NCBI RefSeq assembly: GCF_009914755.1
Contig: NC_060947.1
Source of the DNA: the human T2T-CHM13v2.0 reference genome, Homo sapiens
DNA: 64,000 bases
Direction: 5' to 3' (one strand)
Notes under the pieces: generated by a model
Told to the model about the DNA's origin: nothing
Seen by the model: only the letters and a program-made list of their open reading frames with translations
Databases searched by the model: none
In this document: in pieces, positions 13,649 to 27,484 of the stretch
Layout: each line of letters starts with the position of its first letter
Position numbering within the stretch: position 1 is the first letter of the stretch
Made by a program: the position numbers and the translations under genes

Positions 13649-13815
13649 CAGTGCTTCTCAAACTTTAGTACATAATAATCATCAGGAGAGTTGGTCAAAA
13701 TGCAGATTTCTGAGCCCTGCCCCCAGAGATTCTGATTCTACAGGTCTTTATTTGTAACAAATTCCCTGGTGCTACTGGTGATGTTGGCCCACGGGTCACA
13801 CTTTGAGCGGCAGCA
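13649..13815. mobile_element. MER5A-like relic
   Basis: cagtgcttctcaaacttt...aaaatgcagatttctgagccc...gagattctgattc...cacactttgag. Confidence 0.75.
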
Positions 13816-14679
13816 TTGGTATAAGCCACAGGGCAGCATTATCCTTATCTGCAACAGATATTCTGATGCATTTGAGGGATGGATACAGTGCGTTTCGCCT
13901 TAGTTCTTGCTTTACCTGCCTGCAACTCCTATTCCATTTGGCTGCAGAATGAATGCTTAACATTGTCCTAAGCACTGATAAGATGAAAAGGCAGAAGCTA
14001 ATGCCTGGAAAAACTAACATAACTAGGAAATGCTTAGAGCTTGAAGGTTGATCCCATTGCTGAACCTGACGCTACTTAGAAGTCAGAACATATTCCAGTC
14101 ACAGATAAGTATGGGTTCCTCTTCCCAGGGAAGGCAGACGGAGCTGATGGAAGGAAAACATGCGCATTGTCTGCTTCTCTTGTACAGAGGTCATGCAGGG
14201 AGGAAAATAAGGGTGCTTCAGAAATACTCTGTAGGCAGTTCTTGTTTTTTTTGTTTTGTTTTTTGTTTTTGTAGTTATGAGACATGAAATCAAAGACTAT
14301 TACTATCAAAATAAGAGGCTAGATGGCTCTCCATGTCCTGTCAATTTCCCCTAACATCTTCCTGTGTCAGTGCTTCTCTTCAGAGTTCGGGATTTTGCTC
14401 CCTTTTCCATGCCCCCTCCTCTTTTTCCTTTTGATACCAGGAGCTACTTCACTTAAAAGTGCCTGGATTCTAGGAGTACCTTGGTTTGGGGCCCTTCAAG
14501 GCCAAAATGAAGATAAAGAGATGGAGCTGCGGGGCATATATAAATCATGGTTTCTTTCTTATAATTTCTTTCCAGATTGTTCTAATTGCCCACAATTAGG
14601 AAATGTCACTTTTATAGTCAGAAAACCTAGATAATATTTTCTTTCAATCAAGATTGATTAAGTCTGTCCATAGCCTATA

Positions 14680-14925
14680 ACAATAGCTAATATCTCTTAA
14701 GTGCTTTGTCTCAGCCAGGCAGACGCTATGCTAAGTATTATCATGTATAACGTCATTTAATTCTTGCTACAAATTGAATGAGATTAGAATTGTTGTCCCC
14801 ATTTTATAGATAAACAAATGGAGACACGAAGAAGTGAAGTGACTTGTTCAATGTTGTAGGGCTGGAAAGCGACAGAGATAGGATTTGAATCCGACAATTT
14901 GGACTCAATTTTTAACCATGATGCT
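14680..14925 (-). mobile_element. MIR
   Basis: ccccattttatagataaacaaatggagac...gaagtgacttgttcaa...ggatttgaatcc. Confidence 0.75.
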
Positions 14926-15106
14926 TTGTGTATAATCCCCACCATGTAAAAAATATAAGCCAGGCAAAAATTCAAGAAGGAAATGTATCAACATTTGACA
15001 TTGATTTGTCTGGATGGTGCAATGGTACGACTATGGACTTTTTTCCTTCTGCTGATTTTCTGATTATTTTCTCAATGACCATATACTATTTTTCCAATAA
15101 AAATAC

Positions 15107-15538
<432 letters not shown>

Positions 15539-15859
15539 TAACTCTGCAGGAGCTAGTCAGTTTGGTTAATCATTCCATAGATTTACCTATGTGAGGCCCC
15601 AGAACTGGCTGACTCCATTTTCAGGATGGAAGGACTGCTTGTAATCATGTGCTCTCCCTGCTGGGCAGGGACCTGCTGTCAGGAGGCTGTGCCCTTTGAG
15701 CTGTTCCTCCAGGTGTTGAAATGAGCTTGTGCTGATCATCCAAATTCCTGCTTAGCCACCTTCATGCCCCAAAGCCTGCATTGAAGAGTGTGATGGCCAG
15801 GGCTAGAGATCAAACTTGTGCCCTTGGCCTCTTTATTGATCTGGGGAGGCTAATTGCTG

Positions 15860-16200
15860 GAACAAGCAATTCCCAAATCTCAGCAGCTTAATACAATAGA
15901 CATTTATTATTTGCTCGGCTAATAGTCCCATTTCAACGTTTTCTGTTTCAACATTTGGCAGGAGGTCCTCCACCTGGTCGTTCGGAAACCAGGCTCTTCC
16001 ACTCTAGAGTTTTCCGTTGGATCGTCTATACCTGGCCAGTCCACAGAGGAATCTTACCGGTAGGAGATGTCTGTGGGCCAGGTTTGGAAGTGGTGTACAT
16101 CACATTGGCCAGGACTCATTCACATGGGCACCCCTGACTGTAAGAGCAATTGGGAAATGTAGTCCAGCTCCTGCCTGGGGAGTCCATAGCTGTCTCTGCC
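15860..16200 (-). mobile_element. MaLR solo LTR (old MLT1)
   Basis: cccaaatctcagcagcttaatacaataga...cacattggccaggactcattcacatgg...tgggaaatgtagtc. Confidence 0.7.
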
Positions 16201-16459
16201 ATGGGCCCATTCATTTGTTCAATAAATATTTTTGGAGTGTCTGCTGTCCAGGTACTCCATACATTGGTCAGTGTCCAGGCCCATGGACATTGTTTGTGTC
16301 CTGTTTGCTGTAGGAATGAGGCATTTTGTCTGTTCTCTAGGTCAGAGCCAGATTTGGAAGGGTCCTATTCAAGTCCAAGCGGAGGTCACTGTGCCTGACT
16401 TCTAATCTTTTGGAGGAGTGCACAAGGTGCTGTTACCCCTACAAACACCATAGTTCCCA

Positions 16460-17030
16460 TATCAGTTGGGATTCAGCCCAGAGAAGAGCAACATGCCAAT
16501 TATTTTAACAGAGAATTTAGCAGAAGGCATTGGTTAAACAGATCTTAGAGGATGGAAGAGGCAGAAAGTGTAGCAGAGATGGGAACTGCAGAAAGCAGAG
16601 AACACCCTTAAGACTGGGCTGACAAAGGGAAGGGATTAAGGTTATGAGAACTTTGGAGTTAATACCCTGCAGAGCTGAGACCCAGACACCTGAGGAGGAA
16701 GTGCTGCCTGGCTAGTGCTGGTGTCTCAGAGGGGGTACAGTGAGACTGGCTCAGGGACTGCCAAAAAAAGGGACTAGATTCTGGGGCCAATTGCCACTGC
16801 CTGAATGTAGGGCTATTATTAGGGAATGCTCATGGAAACAGGAGGAAAGGGAGGCACAAGCCCCTTCTTCTTCCTCCATCCTGCCATTCTCTGTCTCATT
16901 CCCCTCCTGGCAGGGCCAAACAGGGTGCAGCTGGCAAAACAGAAATGAGGTGTGCAGAGTCCCAGCCCTAGTATCACAGGGCAGAGTATAGAAAAAGTGG
17001 GTTTGAAACTGAGAGACAATAACTTAAAAA
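16460..17030. mobile_element. Probable ERVL-type solo LTR
   Basis: tattttaacagagaattta...cattggttaaacag...ctggcaaaacagaaatg...gtgggtttgaaactgagagacaata; family not resolved. Confidence 0.5.
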
Positions 17031-18321
17031 ATGGTGCGGGGGCTTTGTTTCAAGCTCACACAATTTATGTTTTGGCTACATGGTGCAACCACAGTGGAGC
17101 TTCAAGGGGTCACTCACCCAGAGAAACCTCTGAGTATGATCTATTCATTCATTCATTGGTTCACTGAGCACATAACTGAATGCCAGGCATGTGCTTGGTA
17201 CTGGAGATAGAGCTATAAATAAGGCAGTTCTTGCCCACAAGGAGCTCACACCACACCTGTACACACATGGCACACACATGCACACATATATGCACGTGAC
17301 ATAAATGAAACAAGGAATGGAGAAGCACTGAAAGATCTGGAATTAAAGACACAGGGCTTTTTTATTCTTGGCTGCTGCCACTGAAAGATTGCGTAGAAAT
17401 GAGTTTAGCTTTTCTCATTGAAGAAAAATGAGAGGAGGAGAAGGTGGCATTTAACACGTCCTTGGCATGGCATGATCATTGATTGTTCTGCTGCCTGGAC
17501 TTGTTCTACTGATCAGGGGTCAGATCAAGTGGAGGTTGACCTTGACTCAACAGAATGAGAAAAGTATAAAATAAATGAGGGCAGTCAATGTATGCTGGCC
17601 TCTTGGAGGCCTCTGCTTTCCTCCCTGGGGTCCAGGAGGAGTCTGCTCCTTTTCTTTGCACCCTTCAGGCATTTGCTGCAGGGTGCCCAGAGCTAAACTT
17701 TTTCTTGCATTGGGAAGGTGGTACATTTTCCATGATTCTGTGTGAGTGGAGAAGAAGGGCCCTGCAGGTATGATTTTTTCCTTTAGTGTAACAAGTTTTC
17801 CACATGGGTGTCCTCATTTGACATTAATTGAGCACCTGCTGTGTGCCAGTCACAAACAACCAGACAGACTCTGTGGATTCAAAGCAGTGAGCAGTGGGCG
17901 CTGCTGAGCCCATCCCTACCCCTCTGATCCAGGCAAGTCACGAGTCATCTGGATACCCCCTTTTTTCGTGTATTGAGCATCATGTTGCAGGGAAGCCACA
18001 TACTTTCCTTGAGCCTCTGTTTTCTCATCTGTAAAATCGGAAGTGAGATTAGATGAGCTCAGGAGTCCAGCCAGTATTCATTCAGAGCCCACTCTGTGCC
18101 ATACTCTGCATGTCTCTAGGCTGTCATTATGGTGACCCATTTAACTTAGCATCTCCCATACAGTCCTGATTTTATATAGTTTAATTCCTTTCAATAAAGG
18201 GACGTTCTAAATATATAACCAAATGTGATTTAATGTTTTCTGTTTTCTTTAGACATTTTATCTGAGTTGGGAAAAATGAGGCTAAGTGTTAGAGGTGGTG
18301 GCTATGGGGAAGTAATGCAGG

Positions 18322-18740
18322 TGTTTCTGTTATCTCTTGCTGTAACTTAGTGACTTACAGACACATACACTTATTCTTTCTCATGATCCTGTGGGTCAGC
18401 TGGGCAGACTGCCAGGTCTGAGCTGACTCAGCAGGGCTGGAAGGTCTAGGATGGCCTCACCTCCATGGCTGGCGTCTCAGCTGCAGCAGCTGCATTGTTG
18501 GGTCCTCTCTCCATGTGGTCTTGTGCCTTCCAGGAGGCTAGTCCGGGCTTGTTCACATGGTGGTGGAAGGGCCTGCAGAAGCAAGCAGGAGAGGACAAGC
18601 CTGGAAGCACAGGTGTTTCTTCATGTCTCTGCTTGAGTCAGACTTGCTATTTTCTCATGGACCAAAGCAAGTTGCAAGACCAAGCCAGAATCAGCATAGG
18701 TGGGGAGGACCCAAGGGCCATTCTGCACACAGTTTTTGCT
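18322..18740 (-). mobile_element. MaLR solo LTR (MLT1 family)
   Basis: ttctctcatgatcctgtgggtcagctggg...ggaaggtctaggatggcctcac...ccaggaggctagtccgggcttgttcacatggtgg. Confidence 0.7.
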
Positions 18741-19157
18741 TGATGTAATAGATACCAGATACATTCTGGAGGCTTGTTTCCACAAGGGGGCTGGCTGGCT
18801 AGAGGGAGGCCAACTGTGAAGGTGTCAAGGACATGGAGCTTGATAAGAAAAATGGTGAGGCCATTAAGAGCCAGGAAACCAGAAGGAAGAATAGATTTGA
18901 CGAATGAGTTTTTTTTTTTCCCATGCAGATTGGGGTGCAGATGGGTCTCACACCAGTGCTATCTAACAGACTGCTTGAAGTCATTCAGCACATTTTTCCT
19001 GGGCTCCATCTATGTGCCAGTTTTGTGGATCCCCAGGGAACAGAGGCTGGGGTGGGGGTAGTAACATAGTAGAATCATATGAGTTCTTGACATGGACATG
19101 ATGGGAGAAAAGATGAATTTACTACAGGAGAGATTCAAGACTGCTAGAAACTAGGGC

Positions 19158-19331
19158 CATGCATGTATGCACATGCACCACACACACACACGCACACATT
19201 CCTGCATGCACATACACATATAGACATGCATGTGCCCATACACATGTATGCTCTCTCACACACTTGTACACACATCTTCATGTGTACATGCTTGTACATG
19301 CCACATGTGTATATGCACCACATACATGCAT
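19158..19331. repeat. Degenerate (CA/CATG)-rich low-complexity tract
   Basis: Mostly alternating purine-pyrimidine catgcatg/cacacac. Confidence 0.85.
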
Positions 19332-21199
19332 GATCTTCCAGACAGCCTCAGAGGACTCACAGAAGCCCATCCTAGGGGATCTATGAATTGCAGAATAAAA
19401 GCTAGGCTGCAGAGAGAGGAAAAGGAAGAGGGCTGACAACAGGCCCCTGGGGGATGGCTGCCCCACCTTGCTTTTAAGGTGAACGTTGAATCAAGACACC
19501 ACCATGCTCTGTTCTGCATAATGATTCCTGAAGTACAATTTTGTAACGTCATACTTGTCCCTTTTTTTTAAGAACGGGGTTGACACATGTCTGTTTAAAT
19601 TAATTTTCCCATCTCTATGGATGCATTTGGGGGAAACAAGTTTTCCTGCTTAAAAACAAAGAGGGTGGGGGTGGAGAGACTGGAAGAAAGGGAGGGGGAG
19701 ACCTATTTGAAAAGGTTTCAAGATGAGTAGGCCCCTCATTAAAAAAAAAAAAAAAAGAAAGAAAATGAAAGCTAGGCTGCACATTAGCATCAGAAAAACA
19801 GCCCTCTTCAGTGTCTGCCAGGGCCAGGGCCAGGGCCAGGTCCTTTAGTGGCTGTGAATAACAGGCTTTTCTGGAAACTGTGGAAGGCAACAAGCACTGT
19901 CCTTGCCTTCCTGCCTGAAGGGCTGAGTTTTTCCTTTAAGTACTACTTTGGTGCTAACTGCCCCCGTTGTTCCTGGATCTCTTGGTCCCAGACACTCAGC
20001 AAAAATGTGGCCTCATCCCACCCTCCACCCTCCCCACTACCATGAAAAAGAGACAAGCTGTCAGATGCCCCTCCCTGCAAGCCCAGGGCTCTCCTCCTGT
20101 TTCTGTTTAGAGGTTTTCAGCTGACAAGAGTGTCAGCTTCCATCCCAGCACTCAATGGCATTACAGCCAGCTTTTCACAGCAGCGGTGGGTGTGAGGATG
20201 CGCTGACCACAGAAAAGCTCGTTTCTGTTTAGCAGAAGCGTGAGGGCGCAGGGTGCCAGCTGCTGCTACAGTCTCTTACAGAAATGGGCACCATTTATTC
20301 TCCAAGAGGAAGCTCAGGATGATCTTCTCAGAGGTAGAAGGGCAGCTGATATCAGCACCAGAGAAAACAGCTGGGGGATGAGGGACCGGAGGGAGCAGGA
20401 AGAGGGATGGGGAGAAAAAGAATTGGGGAAGCCTTTAGCCCTGGAAAAGGAACAAGTGTGTTTGAGTTGGGCCACATCTTTGGTCTGGATGGGGGGACTT
20501 GAACAGGCCCCTTGGGTCAAGAAGGGATGTCTTTTAGAGACAATGAGGGATTTGGAAGAAAGATTGAATTCATTATTACTAATGGGGAGCTCAAGTTCAA
20601 ATGCAGGGCATTTAAACTGCTTACTGTAGGGTCATGATTTTTCTTAAGATGGTAAAAATAAATGTAAATGAACAGGTAAGGTGTTGATTTCTTGATACCC
20701 AAAGCCTTCAAAGACACAACTCTCACCATCTTGCTTATACATACAAGCATGCGCACGTGCACACACACAGCTGGCTGGCTTTGCGAGGCAGAAAGGAATT
20801 CACGTCACAGGGCAGTCTGAGCTTGTTCCTGACCACACACTTAGCTTTTCCTTTTTGAACATCTCAAACCTTCCTTGGACTTGGCATTGCCTCTCAGAGA
20901 CACATCCTGGGGAGACGAATGTTTTATTGTTTGGGTGCTTTCAAGATTCTAACTCACTAAAGATAAGGCTGGTGGATGCCTGGGTCAGCCTCTAGTGGCA
21001 CTTTGGTGTTGCAGCAATGAGCAGTCAAAGGCAGGATGTAGCCAAGGGTGCCTGGATTTTGCTATTGCTTAGCCATGGGGTGGCCATTGGACACCAATGT
21101 CAGGGGCTGGTCTGCTGGCCTGGGGCTGAGCCGCGCAGGTCTGGCCTGGAGTCACAGAAGTGGTCTAGTTGGATGCCCATGGGGCTCCTCTCTTTGCTC

Positions 21200-21912
21200 C
21201 AGCCCTGCTAGGTACCCTGAATGTCTGGAGTTTAGGAGGGAGAGGACACCCAAGCCACTGTTGCCTGTCACCTGGATTACTGAGGCAGCCTCCTAATGGT
21301 CTTCCCACTTCCCCCTCTGCCCACCTCGAATCCATTTTGCATACAACTGCTAGGATAGTCATTTTAAAAGAGGTCATATCACGTCTCTCCACTGCTCAAA
21401 ACCATTCAAAGGTTGCCGACTCACTCAGGGTATGAGCCAAAGTCCTGGCTTTGGAGTGGCCCACAAGACCCTATGTGATCTGGCCCACTGTATCTGCTAC
21501 CATTCACCCCATCTGCACAGCTCTATGCAGCTGCACTGGCTTCCTGCTGGCCCTAGAACACACCAAGCCCATCCAACCCAGGGTTTTCTTTCTTGCTGTT
21601 CCTCTGCCTGGAACAGTCTTTCTCCAGATATCCACGTGGCTCCCTCCCTTATGTCCTTCAGAATTCACCTTTCCTGACTGCTCTATTAAAAATTGTCACC
21701 TGCTAGGCTCTCTGAACCCCCCTTCCTCACTTAATTTTTCTCCATAGCGTGTATCGCCTTAACTATGTATTTTGTGTATGAGTTTTGTTTAGTATCCACC
21801 TCCCCCACTAGAGTGTAGGTTCCATGGGGGCAAAGGTTTTTGCCTTATTTAACACTGTACCTGCAGGTCCTAGAACAGTAGGAGCTCAATAAATGTTCCT
21901 ACAAAGAATGAA
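21200..21912 (+). mobile_element. L2 3' region
   Basis: cacctggattactgaggcagcctcctaatggtc...gctgttcctctgcctggaa...ctcaataaatgtt. Confidence 0.85.
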
Positions 21913-22544
21913 GGGATCTGGACCAGAGAATGTCTTTCTGGATGACACCCAAATCATCACTCAAGTCCTGGTGCTTCAACTGAGGTGCAGAAGCCAAATT
22001 CTTTTTCAGCCTTGAAGACTAGAGTAAGCGGGATGGATTGTCTCTGGAACCTGCCCCCTTCCCCAGCAGTCTTGATGTTGATGGCTGCACCTAGGCTGGC
22101 CAAAGCTGCCGTGTCAGATCTTCCTCCCGTAAACACAGCACTTGAAACAAAAAGAATGGCCTGTTTCCATGGCATCTGTTAGAGCTCCTTGGTCTGGTAA
22201 TACTTGTATTTAAAGCTTCATCATGGTGGGGTGCGGGGGGGCCCCTTGATGAAGCTGCCGGTCCCATAAATGGTAGCATGCAGCAGGTGCACAAGTGCAG
22301 AGAATCAAATGAAGGAGGGTGGCCTCTCAGCGTGCTTCCCTGATGTACCCCTCTCCTCCCTGTGCCTGTTCGTTGCCCTGCCTGCACCCTTTCACAGATG
22401 TTCCCTGCAGTAGACTGGGCCTGCCACACTGCAGCTGTGGGAGGAGGAGACCCTTGTAATCACTGCAGCCGTTCAATGCAGGGTGCTCCAAACAGCCGCC
22501 AGCACAGATCATATGGGTTTTCTGTTATAGTATTTAGATGCTAT

Positions 22545-22725
22545 TTATAGAGTATCTGCTCTGTGCCAGGTGTTTTACACATATCTTTAGTCTTTACAAG
22601 AATCCTCCCAAAGAGGCATTATCATTCCTCTTTAAAGGGGGGAAACCGAGGCTCAGAGAGGTTACTAACTGGTCCAGGACCAATTAGGCAAGTAAGTAAT
22701 GGAACTGAGTTTTACCAAGGTCTGG
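22545..22725 (-). mobile_element. MIR
   Basis: ctctgtgccagg...ggaaaccgaggctcagagaggtta. Confidence 0.7.
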
Positions 22726-22764
22726 CTTTAAAGATCACACTACCTCCATGGCTACCTTGCATCT

Positions 22765-22856
22765 TAATGCAGGTTTTGCACTACACAAGTCCAAAGGCAT
22801 TCTGAATGGTGTCTCCCGGAGTGTGCAGTTTGCATAGCTGTACACAGCCAACCCTA
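22765..22856. mobile_element. MER91-like hAT-Tip100 relic
   Basis: gcaggttttgcactacacaagtcca...gaatggtgtctcccggagtgtgcag...ctgtacacagccaaccct. Confidence 0.5.
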
Positions 22857-22894
22857 ACCATCTGCTGGAAATAGTATTTGGCTGAGGGATCAGT

Positions 22895-23215
22895 TATATC
22901 AGTTTGAAATGCATTCCACTGTAAGGAATAGAAAACCTGAACTCTCGGAGCAGGAGGGCATTAAACAAAATGGGGTTTTAGTTTTCTCACAGAGCACAAG
23001 GTCTAGAGATAGGAGGCTGTAGGGATTGGCTCAGCAGCTGAACAGTGCTGGGTTTGGTGACTCAGAAATTCTCTTGGCCTTTCCTCATGATTGCGAGATG
23101 GCTGCTATAGCTCCAAGCATCATGTCTGTGTTCTAGGGAGAAAGAAGATGAGGAAGGTGGCGTTAGTCACATCTGTTCCCTTTTTATCAAGAAAGTTAAA
23201 CTTTCCCAGACTTCC
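22895..23215 (-). mobile_element. MaLR solo LTR (old MLT1)
   Basis: tatatcagtttgaaatgcattc...gatggctgctatagctccaagcatcatgtctgtgttc. Confidence 0.65.
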
Positions 23216-23384
23216 ATCCGGGATCTTTGAAAATTTGAATTTCAAGGCTTTAAGGGAGAGGGGGTGGGGAAAGAACTCTAGGCTAGTGCCTGCCACCCCA
23301 GTATTATCTGAAGAATCGGAAGGCAGAGCGATGCTCAGATATGGGTTGTGGCCTCCCTGAAATAGAGAGGAATTCTAGATCCTT

Positions 23385-23526
23385 CATGTTCAAAGCATCA
23401 GCATCATCCAGGAGCTGTGAGAAATGCAGAATCTCAGGCCCCAGCCCAGACCTACTGGATTTGAGTCTGCAGTTTGGCACAGTCCCCAGGTGATCCACGT
23501 GCACATTAGTGCTTGAGAAGCACTGT
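23385..23526. mobile_element. MER5A
   Basis: gaaatgcagaatctcaggccccagcccagacctactg...ccccaggtgatcc...ttgagaagcactg. Confidence 0.85.
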
Positions 23527-23594
23527 TTCCAGAAATTGACTGATAACACAGGACTTCTTTACTTCCACCAAAGTTCTCACAGCTTTCAGCTCTT

Positions 23595-23695
23595 GGGCGA
23601 CCAACTCATCCTGGTTTGCCCAGGACTATCCCAGAGATAGTGCAGACAGTCCCATGTCCTGGGAGACTCCCCAGTCCTGGGCAGACCACCCTATC
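23595..23695. mobile_element. MER81-like hAT-Blackjack relic
   Basis: gggcgaccaactcatcctggtttgcccaggact...ccagtcctgggcagacc. Confidence 0.6.
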
Positions 23696-25443
23696 ACTCT
23701 TATCTGTGGGGGTCCTACCCTCCTCCTCCCACCAAACTAAGGCAGAGCCTATAACCAAGAGGCAGAAAGCCTAGAAAACTTCCTTTGAGGAGTCAGGAAA
23801 GATAGATAGTGGTCTTTCCTTTGGGGTATGGAATTGAACAAGGCCTGAGCCAGGACTCACAAGAATAAGAACATGGCAAGGCCCTGCCCTCCCAGTGGGA
23901 GGTGTGGAGAGCTGGCAATGAGATGGTTAAGAGCCCTGAGGGCGTTTGATCCAGGTGGGTCTGAGGTATCATTACTGGACTTAATAATACATTAACAGCC
24001 AGCATGAATGGGTTTTGGATTAAGAACTTGGTAACAAAGCAGATTAACTCTTTCCTCACTTCTTTCTTTCATCCCTTCATGTTGCTTTCTTCCTTCTGCC
24101 AAGAAAATAGAAAAGAAATGCCCAAATCTCACACAGGAAGCATTTGTCATGAGTAGCACTGGTGACTCAAACTTATTTTTTAGCCCTGCCAGCCAAGAGC
24201 AACAGGAATGAACTCGAGTGATCTGATTTATTAGTGAAAAAAAACCAACTACAAACTTTTCCTGGCCTCATACCTCCTCCCAGACCTTCCCGTTCTGCCT
24301 CCCAGCTTCCTTCTTTCCTTATTCACGCCCTGGGCAGCCCATGTGGCTACCTGGAAACTCCTGTTTCGGGGGCGGGGTAGGGGGGCGGTGCTTGGGAGAC
24401 TGCTTTCTCAGGCCTCAAGCTCCATTAACAAATATTTGCAATGGGCCTACTGGAGTTGGAAAGAGAAGACAGAGCCTGGCTATGGATGCCTGGGTGTCTG
24501 GGAGCCACTTGACAAGTAACACAGCACAACACAACAGAACTTCTGTGTGCCACCTACAGAATGGCGGCAAGACATTCTAGAACAGTGGGGACAACTTCCT
24601 TAAGAACTACAATTTGCTCCTTCATTTTGGCCATTCTGGTGGCTCAGCGGAGTTTTGGGAAAACTCTCCCACACTAAGGAGAAGAGCTAAGGAGCTAAGG
24701 AGAAGAGTGCCTTCCCCCAGGGCCTTTAGTCAGCTCTCTGCAGCGCAGCATGTCCATATTTGTCTCCCTCTTAACTACTGTGCAATTGTCTAAGAGATGT
24801 TTTGGATTCAAGGAAACTGTTGACCCAGGAGCCTTGCTGTAGACTTGGTGAGCTGCTCCAGACCCTTCTGCTGTCCGTAAGGACAGCTGTGAAGTGTCAG
24901 GGTGGAGTTCCTCATTGCAAGCTTCTGTGACTAAGTTTCGTCAGTGCCTTTCCTCAGAACACTGTGCAGAGACCTTTTAGACACTCCATATTATCATACA
25001 CAGGCCAGAGCTGGAGGGGGGACACGGGTCATGAGGATGGTCAGGGATGAAAAGGTGATGATGACAAGGTCATCAAGGAAGATGTTCACGTTAGGCACCG
25101 TTTGCCAAAAACAGGCAAATAAGGGCAGTCCCTGCCTGGTCTCAGCTCTGGACTGTCAAAGCCTTCTGGGCCAGCCAGGTTTAAGTCAGCTCCTTCAACG
25201 GCTGGAGGTCTGTGAGTTTAAACAACAGCATGTTATGCAGAACAAGGAACTGTGTCGTGGTTGGCCCAACAGGACCATTCTAGTAGGAGCCATTGTTCAC
25301 TGACCCGTATATGTTGAGACGCGTGTCTGTCTGTTGTCCCAACCAAATGATTCTTTATTGTACTGTATTTGTCTCCAAGAGTGTGAAGCCCAACTGGAAG
25401 ACTCATGTTTATTTTGCAGTACTGTCAGGAATGGCTGTTTTCT

Positions 25444-25674
25444 TTTTTTTCTTTTTTTTTCTTTTTTAAAATTATACTTTAAGTTCTGGGATACATGTGC
25501 AGAATGTGCAGGTTTGTTACATAGCTATACATGTGCCATGGTGGTTTGCTGCACCCATCAACCCGTCATCTACGTTAAGCTATTTCTCCTAACGCTATCC
25601 CTCCCCTTCCCCTCCACTCCCCAACAGGCCCTGGTGTGTGATGTTCCCCTCCCTGTGTCCATGTGTTCTCATTG
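25444..25674 (-). mobile_element. 5'-truncated L1PA 3' end (~230 bp)
   Basis: Poly-T, then attatactttaagttctgggatacatgtgcagaatgtgcagg; TSD aatggctgttttct (25430-25443) and aacagctgttttct (25678-25691). Confidence 0.92.
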
Positions 25675-25969
25675 AGAAACAGCTGTTTTCTAAGGGACAG
25701 TGGCCATGTTTACAACTACAGTGACCGTTAATCTTTGAGTTAGAAGAATCTTCCTTTCAGGGAGTTCATTGTGTTGATGCTGAGGGGGACTGTGTGAGGG
25801 CTGTTCAGGAAGTGGGGTGGGGCTGGCAGCGGGTTATTTTTTTTTTTTTTTTCAAACCTTGGTTTGGATTTGTTTCCCATTCAGTAGTTTATCTGTCCCC
25901 TCACTAGACTGCAGTGATGATTTGAGCTCCAAGGCCGTGAATCTCTGTTGCGTGTGGCTGACTACCTAA

Positions 25970-26157
25970 AGCAGGGCTTCTCACAGTGGAGAATGCATAG
26001 CATCATCTGGAAAGCTTGACAGTGCCCAGATGCTGTGCCCTACTCTCAGGGATTCAGATTCCATAGGTCTGGAGTGGGGCCCAAGAATTGGCATTTCTCA
26101 CAGGCTCCTAGATGGGGCTGATGCTGCTGGTCTGGGGACACACTCTGAGTAGCAGTG
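25970..26157. mobile_element. MER5A-like
   Basis: gattcagattccataggtctggagtggggcccaagaattggcatttctcacag...gaccacact-like end. Confidence 0.8.
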
Positions 26158-27094
26158 GGTCAAAAGAGGTGCCAAGTGCTGTTCCTCTCTCTAGCTCCTG
26201 CTTAGCACAGGTTGCATATGTTAGGATAAGAGGAAATCAGTGTGATCTCTACCTTTCCTTTTGAGCCTAGCTCTTAATTTCCACTCTTCCAATCCTCACT
26301 GATGGGGGAAGTTAAGATACCATCTTGGAGTGTGAAGCAGGAATCCTAGGTCCTAAGGGATTTGCCTGGATTGCCCCATACTCCCTCCTTCACCCACCCC
26401 CAGGAGGTTTTGGGGGCCTAGGAATTCCTGCTGGCACTGCAGTAGCAGGCGGCTTGCATCTGGAGTTACACCCTTCAAAGGTCTCTGGAGGAACAGGAAC
26501 AAACCGGAGGAGAAAATTACATTTGAAATAATTTATTTTCACATGCAGGGGAGAAATCACATTTGGTCTAGATTCATGTAAAGAAAACAGAGATTAGATT
26601 TTTTAAAATGTGTTGCTGGCAAGAGAGAAGAGCAGACGGGTTTGGATAAAATACACATTCTGTTGAAACTGGCCTTCAATCCCAGACTACATTTAAAGGG
26701 GTTTTGAGTTAGCCTATGGAGGGGAATCAAGTCTGGATTTTATTTTCAATTGTTTCTTTCTTTTGAAATACTTCCTAGGTTGGGACTGGGAGTGACAGAA
26801 ACATCTGGACTGCAGGAAAGATTGTTCCTAGAATTCTGAGCTTTTTCTATCTGAGCAGGCTGATTTAGAAGTCTTATCCAAGATGAGAGAAGATTTTCTC
26901 TTGGAATTTCTGGCCAAAGCCAGAAGAAACAGGAGTCTGGGGAAGGCAAGGAGGGCAAGCTGGAGCAAGAAGCGAAGGCTGCACAGACCACGCAAATGGC
27001 CATGCCAGGAGGGCTCCTCTATAGAGCCTTAGTGTGGAAAAGGGTCAATGTCAGGTTTAAGTCCATCACAAAGATGATTAAAGAAACAACCACA

Positions 27095-27315
27095 GCAAGA
27101 GCTGATGCTTACTGGGTACTCACCATGTACCTGGCTGTATGTTCATCATCATATGAAATCCTTACTTAGCTCTATAAAGTAGTTACTAGCATCATCTCCA
27201 CTTTATAGATGAAGAAAATGGAGAGAAGTTAAGTAATTTTCCCAAAGCTGTACTGGTAGGAAGTGGCAGCGTTGAGCTCTACAGCCAGGGCTGTCTGACT
27301 CAGATGCCCATTCCA
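27095..27315 (-). mobile_element. MIR
   Basis: ccactttatagatgaagaaaatggagagaagttaagtaattttcccaa. Confidence 0.7.
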
Positions 27316-27404
27316 AGAATCAGTTTAGATAATGATATAATAATTACCATCAGTAGCATTATCATTGTCAGTAAAGGGCCATTGTTTGTGTGTATGAAAA
27401 TCGG

Positions 27405-27484
27405 TTAGGTTGGATCATATGAAAGAGCTATTTTTGTAGGCAAAAAATGGCTGAACATTGGCAATTTCATATGACTTAACAAAA
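27405..27484. mobile_element. MADE2-like mariner MITE
   Basis: ~80-bp imperfect palindrome ttaggttggatcatatgaaa...ggcaatttcatatgacttaac. Confidence 0.75.

Noticed and set aside
24367-24388. GC-box or G4 as a promoter
   Set aside because: Isolated G-rich patch with only three long G-tracts and no surrounding CpG island.
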